Origin: Candidatus Falkowbacteria bacterium
GTDB lineage: Bacteria > Patescibacteriota > Patescibacteriia > Patescibacteriales > GWE2-39-37
NCBI GenBank assembly: GCA_013336275.1
Contig: JAAXUA010000001.1
Location: 14,167 to 78,166, forward strand
Reading direction: 5' to 3'
Length of the DNA: 64,000 nucleotides
The notes under the pieces are model-generated. The model searched no databases and had not been told where the DNA came from. It saw nothing but the letters and a program-made list of their open reading frames with translations. The position numbers and the translations under genes were made by a program. Within the stretch, counting starts at the first letter, position 1. Every line of letters starts with the position of its first letter. Below, one piece after another: positions 17,272 to 23,795 of this stretch.

Positions 17272-18636
17272 ATGGCTGATAAGATCATCGTCGTCACCGG
17301 CCTAAGTTTCGGTGACGAAGGCAAGGGAACGATAACGGAGTACATGGCACAGCGTCATTCAGCCGGATGCGTCGTTCGCTATAACGGCGGACCGCAGGCG
17401 GCCCACAACGTCGTGCTCCAGAACCAGCTGCACCATTGCTTCGCGCAATTCGGTTCAGCGACTTTCCAACATGGCGTCAAAACCTTTCTGTCAGAACAGA
17501 CAGTAGTGAACCCCATTTCCTTATTATCTGAAGCAGACACGCTTTCAGAGCAGGGGGTCACAGACGCGCTGGAACGGCTGATTGCCAGTCCCTCGTGCCT
17601 GGTAGCGACCCCGTTCCACAAACACCATAACCGCATGCTGGAATTGGCGCGCGGCAACGCCCGCCACGGCAGCTGCGGCATGGGAGTCGGACAGACCATA
17701 AGCGATGCCCGCTACTTGGGCAACATGGCCTTACGTCTCGGCGATCTCAACGACAGCGAAAAAGCGAGGCACAAGCTCGATTTCCTCTGGCGCCTGAAGA
17801 TCGACCAAGCAGAGCAGCTGCTCGCCAAACATACCGGCAATCAAGCATTGCGCCAGGAGTTTGACTTGCTAGCCGCTCCTGGCTATGTCGAAGACGTGTT
17901 TGAGGCTTACGCTTCAATCGCGTCCCGGCTCAATATCAGCGATCAGCCGCCTACAAGCGGCACACTGGTATTCGAAGGAGCGCAAGGCATGCTTCTTGAT
18001 AACACCTACGGTTTTCATCCGCACGTCGCAAAATCTGACGTCAGCCCCAGGGCAGCCGTCCGTTTGGCAACCAAGCATTGGCCAGGCCATGAGATCATCA
18101 GAGTCGGCGTGCTCCGCGCTTATGCTACCCGCCACGGCGCCGGACCATTCGTGACAGAGGATATCATTCTTGCTGAAGCGATTCCGGACAGGCACAACAG
18201 CTTCGGTGATTGGCAAGGACGCTTCCGCGTCGGCTGGTTCGATCTCGTAGCTGCAAGCTACGCTATCGAAGCCTCGGGCGGAATCGATTGCCTAGCCCTG
18301 ACCAACCTGGATCGCATCAGCGATTTCGGGGTAGTCAAGCTTTGCATCGGTTATGAGTATTCCGGCGACCAGCCGCTCGATGAAGATTTCGAGTGGCGTC
18401 AATTCGGCGGGCGAAAAGTGATAGAAAGGATTAAGGCAGACGCTAATCCTAGCACGGAGAAGCAGGCGGCATTGTCCGGCATCCTCTATGATTGCCGTCC
18501 CATATACCGCACCTTGTCCATCAGGGACCCAAAAGCCTACGTCCAGCGCTTGGAAACAGCGCTCGGCGTTCCTGTCGCTATCGTCTCATCCGGACCGACA
18601 CTTCAAGATAAGGAGGAAATTTATAGCTTATTTTAG
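17272..18636 (+). CDS. Adenylosuccinate synthetase-like protein, divergent
   Basis: GLSFGDEGKGTITEYM (P-loop GDEGKG), RYNGGPQAAHNVV, GSCGMGVGQTISDA, EGAQGMLLDNTYGFHPHV, YATRHGAGPFVTE. Several substrate-contact motifs differ from canonical PurA. Confidence 0.8.
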   Translation: MADKIIVVTGLSFGDEGKGTITEYMAQRHSAGCVVRYNGGPQAAHNVVLQNQLHHCFAQFGSATFQHGVKTFLSEQTVVNPISLLSEADTLSEQGVTDALERLIASPSCLVATPFHKHHNRMLELARGNARHGSCGMGVGQTISDARYLGNMALRLGDLNDSEKARHKLDFLWRLKIDQAEQLLAKHTGNQALRQEFDLLAAPGYVEDVFEAYASIASRLNISDQPPTSGTLVFEGAQGMLLDNTYGFHPHVAKSDVSPRAAVRLATKHWPGHEIIRVGVLRAYATRHGAGPFVTEDIILAEAIPDRHNSFGDWQGRFRVGWFDLVAASYAIEASGGIDCLALTNLDRISDFGVVKLCIGYEYSGDQPLDEDFEWRQFGGRKVIERIKADANPSTEKQAALSGILYDCRPIYRTLSIRDPKAYVQRLETALGVPVAIVSSGPTLQDKEEIYSLF

Positions 18637-18682
18637 CAATTTTTTGAGTAAAAAGTTGGTATTCCGAGAAGGTTTGCGAAAG

Positions 18683-18711
18683 TTGACAAATTACCGTAAA
18701 TAGGTTAAAGT
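18683..18711 (+). promoter_or_regulatory. Sigma-70-type promoter inside the island
   Basis: TTGACA (18683-18688), 17-nt spacer, TAAAGT (18706-18711). This predicts a ~130-nt leader before ATG 18848. Confidence 0.55.
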
Positions 18712-18847
18712 CAAAAATCGCTGTCCTTTGAAAAAATATCCAATCTAAGCTCAAAAAAAGAAATCAGCACCCCGCAGTGATAGTTTTGTAGTTCGGCCCT
18801 GAAGCGTAAGTCAACGTCAACCATCAACAGCCCAAAGGAGAACAGAC

Positions 18848-20035
18848 ATGGAACAGCTCTTGGCAAGAATCGCAGCATTCGCAGCAGCAGTCAGTAAGAC
18901 GGTCGAAGAAGTGACCGAGGCTCTCAAGCAGTACCTCGGCGAGTTCAACGACAGTACCGCTGAAATCCTGGCAGATGAGGCTTCCACCCCGATCGAAGAC
19001 CTGAAGCCTGTCCTGACCGACGACGGTCCCAAGATCCCGCTGCCCGTCCTGAAGTTCAACCTCTACCTGCTGCGCGGCAAAGAGAAAGTGGCCGAACAAC
19101 CGGCTGCCGCTCCCGTACCCGCCGCAGCACCCGCTGCCTCCGGCTTCGCCACCGACGTCCTGCCGGCCGTTCCCGACGATGACAGCTTCCTTGAAGCGCT
19201 CAAAGTCGGCGGCGTCCTGCGCGTCGGTACCACCGAAGTCATCTGCGCCATCCGCTCGGCCCTCGCCAACCGGGTCGGTCTCTATGACCTGCCCAAAGTC
19301 CTGCTCAAGCTGATCGAAGAAAAGGCGATAAAGTCCCGCAAGCCCAGCGGCCCCGAGTACTACGAGCTCCAGAAGCTCGTGACCCAGCGTTCCTACGCCG
19401 AGATTTTCCGCGCCCTCGAAGTTCCGGGCGAATTCGCCACCGAAGGCCGCAAAAACCAGCTGCTCGACCGCATCGATCCGACTCTCTGGGACGCCCTTTT
19501 CAGCTTCCAGAACCAGCTGATCGGCTGGCGCGACTCCTGGTCCGCCGGCATGGCCAATCCGATGATGATGTTCAGTGTCATGGCCATGGGTTCCGCCGGT
19601 CAGCCTTTGCCCCCCGGCATGATGACCCCGCCCGACACCGCTCCGCTCCGCGATGCGGCCGAGAGCGTGATCGAAACGATCAACGCCGTCTTCGCCGGTC
19701 CGAGCATCCCGATCGTCCGCGCCTTGGCCTGGGACGCCCAGCGCGTCAAGAAGCTCTTGACCGATGAGCGCCTTCCGGCCGCCTGCGGTGCCGTCGACGC
19801 GGAGCAGATGCTCCTCGACCTCGACGTGGCCGTCACCTCCGATTACATCCGCCTGGAACGCTCGATTGTCCGCTACGCCCTCGGCATCATGGAGTACCCG
19901 AAAGTCACTCCGGGCAACGAGGAGTATAATTACGTCGGCGCCCTCTTGCAGCTCGGCCTGAGCATCCCCTGGGACAAGCTCCCGGAACGCTCCGACAAGA
20001 ACGGCAAGAAGAAAGCGGGATTCGAGAAATTCTAG
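18848..20035 (+). CDS. Hypothetical protein (no recognisable domain; Pro/Ala-rich linker)
   Basis: 395-codon ORF preceded by SD AAAGGAGAA. It has its own promoter and terminator. I recognise no motif in it. Confidence 0.7.
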   Translation: MEQLLARIAAFAAAVSKTVEEVTEALKQYLGEFNDSTAEILADEASTPIEDLKPVLTDDGPKIPLPVLKFNLYLLRGKEKVAEQPAAAPVPAAAPAASGFATDVLPAVPDDDSFLEALKVGGVLRVGTTEVICAIRSALANRVGLYDLPKVLLKLIEEKAIKSRKPSGPEYYELQKLVTQRSYAEIFRALEVPGEFATEGRKNQLLDRIDPTLWDALFSFQNQLIGWRDSWSAGMANPMMMFSVMAMGSAGQPLPPGMMTPPDTAPLRDAAESVIETINAVFAGPSIPIVRALAWDAQRVKKLLTDERLPAACGAVDAEQMLLDLDVAVTSDYIRLERSIVRYALGIMEYPKVTPGNEEYNYVGALLQLGLSIPWDKLPERSDKNGKKKAGFEKF

Positions 20036-20060
20036 AACAGTAACGCACCTTTGAAACCAA

Positions 20061-20101
20061 GGGTGGTGAGCTTAAGCAATACAGCTCATCACCCTTTTTT
20101 C
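20061..20101 (+). terminator. Intrinsic terminator after the hypothetical gene
   Basis: 11-bp stem GGGTGGTGAGC/GCTCATCACCC (one G-U pair), 12-nt loop, then a T6 run. Confidence 0.7.
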
Positions 20102-20128
20102 GTTTCAAAAATTCCGAATGAAAGGAGA

Positions 20129-21151
20129 ATGCCCATGGGAAGCGGATGTTCACGAGACTCATATGAAGAAAGCTTTTCGCGCACCAAGAAGGCCTTTACC
20201 GGCGATGCTGGTACTCGAGCCAAAGAAAGTGAAGCCCGCGGAGAGCGGATACACCGTGCCAAGGAGACCGTAACCGAAGAGAAGCACGAGGAAACGAGAG
20301 AAGAGAAGGTCGACCCCAGCAAGATCAGGCTCGGCATCACCAAGCCAAGCACGACCGCCAAGAGGGTCCATATCTTCCTGGTCGACAACTCCGGCTCCAA
20401 CCGGGCGATCGCTGAAGGGCTGCGCAAGTCATCGGGTTATCTTTCCGCCGTTCACGGCGTAATCGACCCCGAATCAGACTTTGCCAATATCTTTTTCAGC
20501 GACCACTGCGACGGTTCGCGCATCATGCAGGAAGTGGATTACGTGCCGCCGACACCCGAAGGCGACCTGATCCTGCTCTCGACCATTTCCCGGATCTATC
20601 CCGCCGGTGGCGGCGATGCTCCGGAAGCGATCGAGTGCGCCATGAAGCGCGCTTGCGAGCTCGACTTCGGCGGCGCCCTGTACAAGCACCTTTATCTCGT
20701 CAGTGACGAAGTGGCGCATGGCATGGGCAGATCAGGAGACGACGGCTGTCCGCTCCAGGTCAACTGGCGCGACGAGCTCGAGCGAGTCCACGAGACTTAT
20801 GACACCTTTGAGGTGATCGGCTGCGGCAATGAAGCCAAAGTAGCTGAGCTGCAGAAAAAATTCCTGAGTCCCGAACGCCTGGCCTACGATTTTATCGACC
20901 TTTCAGCCATCAAGGAACACGAGCACCGGCTCGGCATCACTGCCAACGCCATCCTGTTCCTGGTAGCGCGCAAGCAGGGAATCCAGATGGTCGAGGTCTT
21001 CCTGGCCGGCCTGTATGAGAAATGGCTGGCCAGTCCAGTCTTCGGAGCAAACACCGAAATGAAAGCCAAGGAAGCCATCCGGCGTTTCGGCAAATACCTC
21101 GAAGCGCCTGAAAGCGAGATCGAGGCGATGATGCAACGCGTGCTGGTGTAA
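20129..21151 (+). CDS. vWA domain protein (paralog of the N-terminal part of 14751-16232)
   Basis: MIDAS DNSGS, AGGGDAPEAIECA, YLVSDEVAHG. SD AAAGGAG upstream. The start is either ATG 20129 or ATG 20135. The track start at 20051 lies in the terminator. Confidence 0.65.
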   Translation: MPMGSGCSRDSYEESFSRTKKAFTGDAGTRAKESEARGERIHRAKETVTEEKHEETREEKVDPSKIRLGITKPSTTAKRVHIFLVDNSGSNRAIAEGLRKSSGYLSAVHGVIDPESDFANIFFSDHCDGSRIMQEVDYVPPTPEGDLILLSTISRIYPAGGGDAPEAIECAMKRACELDFGGALYKHLYLVSDEVAHGMGRSGDDGCPLQVNWRDELERVHETYDTFEVIGCGNEAKVAELQKKFLSPERLAYDFIDLSAIKEHEHRLGITANAILFLVARKQGIQMVEVFLAGLYEKWLASPVFGANTEMKAKEAIRRFGKYLEAPESEIEAMMQRVLV

Positions 21152-21164
21152 ACCGGCCAAACCC

Positions 21165-21190
21165 CGGGCCAGGAGGAGACTCCTGGCTCG
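21165..21190 (+). other. Intercistronic GC hairpin
   Basis: Stem CGGGCCAGGAG/CTCCTGGCTCG (one G-U pair) with a 4-nt loop. Confidence 0.4.
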
Positions 21191-21216
21191 TTTCACTCCA
21201 AAGGAGGTGATAGCTC

Positions 21217-23511
21217 GTGAGCAGACAGTATAAAAGAAGACGGATGCTAGCAACGCTTACGCGTTATTACTTAGCGCCGGGCTTGCAGTCGATCGATCAG
21301 CAATTCGTTGAGAAATTCAAGGATAATCCGAAACGACAGTCAAACGAAGCTAGCGAACTCGCCGGCCTAGCTTACCTGGCGTTCGTCGACCTTGACCCCA
21401 GAGCTGCCGAAGGCGCTATCGAACACTTCGTACGCTCAGGTAGGGCAGACTTTTTGGCCGAGCTTTATCGCTTAGCCAAGCTGCGCCGCCATTTCCGCTT
21501 GGTCTGGTTCGCCGGACAAGCGCTCGGTTTGGCTGACTGGCAGAGCGAGTTTACGGAATGGTTCAAGGATGAAGGCCTCTGGTGGTTCGATCTCTTCGAA
21601 GACCGCGGTACAGGTCATGGCTACATTCATCCGGACGACACCGCCCTTATCGGTCTGATTGTCCAGAAACTGGGACTTGGCGATTCTTTCTGGCAAGAAG
21701 TCAGGCGTCAAGCCGAGTCGCGCCAGGAAATACCGCTGTTGCGCCGCCGCCTGGTCAGCCTATTGGCTGGACGGGAGGAGCCGGCAATCCAGGAAGTCGG
21801 ACAGAAAGATGATCAAACAGACCGAACGTTCAGGCAGTTCTGCTCGGAACAAGGCATTCGCATCCTGCGTTGCCTGCAAACCGGCAGACGCGGCCTCAGC
21901 GCATGCAGCTGGGTCTATCAGGCGCTCGACAACGATGGCGTCATCAAGATTTTCAAGGAGGTGATCGAACCCGAAGGAAGGATGCCGCATTCCGAAAGCG
22001 AGGAAGCCGTTTACAGCAATCTGGGTGAGTGTGATTTCTTGCCCGAGCCGTATGAGACCGAAACAGTCAGCCAGAACTGCAATTTTTTGCGCCAGCCCTT
22101 CATCTATGGGCAGTCTCTTGCGCCCTTTGTTGCAGCCAAGCGCAAAATGAGTCTAGAACAGGCAAAAAAAATAATCAGTTCGGCCGCAGAGAAACTGGCT
22201 CAGCTCCACCGTTCAGGCGTTGCCCATCTGGATTTGCGCCCGGAACATATCATCGTTGCACCTGAAGGTCTGGCCATCCTCGATCTGGGCTTGTCACGCC
22301 TCGTGCCTGACCGATCAGCCATGGTCGATGTCGTCTTGCGTTCGCCGCGCTATGCCGCTCCAGAGATGGGGCTTCATGGGCAAGGTGGCTGCGCCACAGA
22401 CATCTTTCAGCTCGGCCTGGTCTTTTATGAGCTTCTCACCGGTCGCCACCCCTTCTGCCTTCATCGGAATCTTCCGGAAGGCGACGAGGATAAAGCTGGT
22501 GAAATCATCAAGTATTTGGTGCCAGCCATGGCGCTTGATTTCAAAGATGATTTAGCAAGGGTGTTTGATGATCCGCAACTGGATATCCTTCGGCAGATGT
22601 TAGACAAAGAACCCGGGAGACGTCCGACAGCAGAAGAAGTGGCTGAGGCTTTGCGAAGCAGTGAGGCCGTTGAATACGCGCCGATGCCGTTGGTTGAAGC
22701 CAGAGGCAATACGAAAGAGGCTAACACGGTCTTGTTTCCGGCGCGCATGTCCATTCCGCATCACGGCCACATCGAATATATCGCCCGCCTGGTGGAGCTC
22801 GGCTATTACGTCAAGATTTCGCTGCAGTGCAGCTATATCCTGACCGAGCACGACCCGGTTCCCAAATGGCTGACCATGAAGATGGTGGCTCAATCGCTCT
22901 TTGATCGGGGTATCAGTCGGGAAAATTTCGAGTTCGTTTTTACGCCGCTCTACGCGACGAGGCACGAATTAGACATACACTTCCGTATGATGCCCGGATG
23001 GGAAAACGTAATCGCAGTCGCCTCCGGCAATCCGGAGGTCCATGTCCTGTTTCCTGGCAAGCTGATTTTGGACCAGAAGTCCGTCTTCGGCCGAGAACAG
23101 GTACAGTATGAGAACCGCTCTTGGGGCGAGTCATTGCGCCAGAGCATCAGGGAGGGGGATCAAGCTGCCTTCAAGGAGCTTGCAGGCAGCGGCGTTGAAC
23201 GCATACTCAGTTTCAATGAGTTGCAACAATTCCTTAAGGTCAAACAGCCGATTCCTTTCGTCAGCAGCCGTGTCAGCGTCCATCTGGTGAATTCCAAAAG
23301 GGAAGCATTGGCCGCCACCCGATCATTCCGTTACCTTTCCCCGGAAGAAAGCCTGTGCCGCTGGTTTCATGGCATCGGCATTAAGGCGTCTGTCTTGGAC
23401 CCATATGCCAAGGAGACGACCCTGCTCATTAAAGGCAAGCTGATGCGCCTCAAGTATCGGCAAATAGAATTCGAGCACGGCAACGAAATTATCGTGTTCG
23501 AAAGCGCCTAA
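21217..23511 (+). CDS. Three-part protein: helical N-terminal region + Ser/Thr-kinase-like domain + C-terminal NadM-like nucleotidyltransferase
   Basis: GTG start after AAGGAGGTGA. Kinase: VIKIFKE, VAHLDLRPEHIIV, ILDLGLSR, PRYAAPE. C-terminus: ARMSIPHHGHIEYIARL and ESLRQSIREGD, alignable with GRFSPPHKGHIKAILGL and TDLRNAVLRGD of the nadM product. Confidence 0.75.
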   Translation: MSRQYKRRRMLATLTRYYLAPGLQSIDQQFVEKFKDNPKRQSNEASELAGLAYLAFVDLDPRAAEGAIEHFVRSGRADFLAELYRLAKLRRHFRLVWFAGQALGLADWQSEFTEWFKDEGLWWFDLFEDRGTGHGYIHPDDTALIGLIVQKLGLGDSFWQEVRRQAESRQEIPLLRRRLVSLLAGREEPAIQEVGQKDDQTDRTFRQFCSEQGIRILRCLQTGRRGLSACSWVYQALDNDGVIKIFKEVIEPEGRMPHSESEEAVYSNLGECDFLPEPYETETVSQNCNFLRQPFIYGQSLAPFVAAKRKMSLEQAKKIISSAAEKLAQLHRSGVAHLDLRPEHIIVAPEGLAILDLGLSRLVPDRSAMVDVVLRSPRYAAPEMGLHGQGGCATDIFQLGLVFYELLTGRHPFCLHRNLPEGDEDKAGEIIKYLVPAMALDFKDDLARVFDDPQLDILRQMLDKEPGRRPTAEEVAEALRSSEAVEYAPMPLVEARGNTKEANTVLFPARMSIPHHGHIEYIARLVELGYYVKISLQCSYILTEHDPVPKWLTMKMVAQSLFDRGISRENFEFVFTPLYATRHELDIHFRMMPGWENVIAVASGNPEVHVLFPGKLILDQKSVFGREQVQYENRSWGESLRQSIREGDQAAFKELAGSGVERILSFNELQQFLKVKQPIPFVSSRVSVHLVNSKREALAATRSFRYLSPEESLCRWFHGIGIKASVLDPYAKETTLLIKGKLMRLKYRQIEFEHGNEIIVFESA

Positions 23512-23533
23512 CCCTGGTTAGGCGCTTTTTTTT
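23503..23533 (+). terminator. Strong intrinsic terminator closing the long + strand block
   Basis: Stem AGCGCCTAA/TTAGGCGCT, loop CCCTGG, then a T8 run. It overlaps the stop codon. Confidence 0.85.
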
Positions 23534-23540
23534 GGCTAAG

Positions 23541-23568
23541 TGTAACAAAATGGCCGTTTTTACGTATT
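23541..23568 (+). promoter_or_regulatory. ECF-type promoter TGTAAC-N16-CGTATT
   Basis: It has the same architecture as the promoter in front of the ECF sigma gene (25943-25970). It resembles the SigW-class consensus TGAAAC-N16-CGTA. Confidence 0.5.
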
Positions 23569-23573
23569 ATTAT

Positions 23574-23702
23574 ATGAAACCTAAACATATGTATTGTTAC
23601 AAGCACACAATTTCATTCGCCCAGAACGGCGTCTCCCCAGTCGCCAACCGCCCCCTTGAATCGGAGAGCGAGTGTCTTATTGTGCTTAGATTGAATATTT
23701 GA
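23574..23702 (+). CDS. Possible leaderless small ORF (42 codons)
   Basis: ATG starts 5 nt after the CGTATT hexamer, the same geometry as the sigma gene. Product MKPKHMYCYKHTISFAQNGVSPVANRPLESESECLIVLRLNI. There is no homology support. Confidence 0.25.
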   Translation: MKPKHMYCYKHTISFAQNGVSPVANRPLESESECLIVLRLNI

Positions 23703-23727
23703 ACAACGTCAATATAGGTACAAAACG

Positions 23728-23762
23728 AAGGCTCGGTCCCATTCGGGGGCCGAGCCTTTTTC
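23728..23762 (+). terminator. Leader terminator/attenuator upstream of the MFS gene
   Basis: 13-bp stem AAGGCTCGGTCCC/GGGGCCGAGCCTT (one G-U pair), 5-nt loop, T5 run. It lies 34 nt before the MFS start. Confidence 0.7.
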
Positions 23763-23795
23763 GTACCTTAAAACCCCCAAAAAAGGAGAAAAGAC

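Noticed and set aside
17272-18636. PurZ-like (phage 2-aminoadenine pathway) interpretation of the PurA-like gene
   Set aside because: No DatZ/MazZ-like or other phage genes are nearby, and the protein is PurA-sized rather than short. The context is chromosomal, so I call it only divergent PurA-like.
23600-23680. Possible NAD+ riboswitch (nadA motif) because of CAACCGCCCCC next to the NAD genes
   Set aside because: It has only a partial resemblance to the ACANCCCC element. No tandem-domain architecture or matching P1 stems could be identified by eye.
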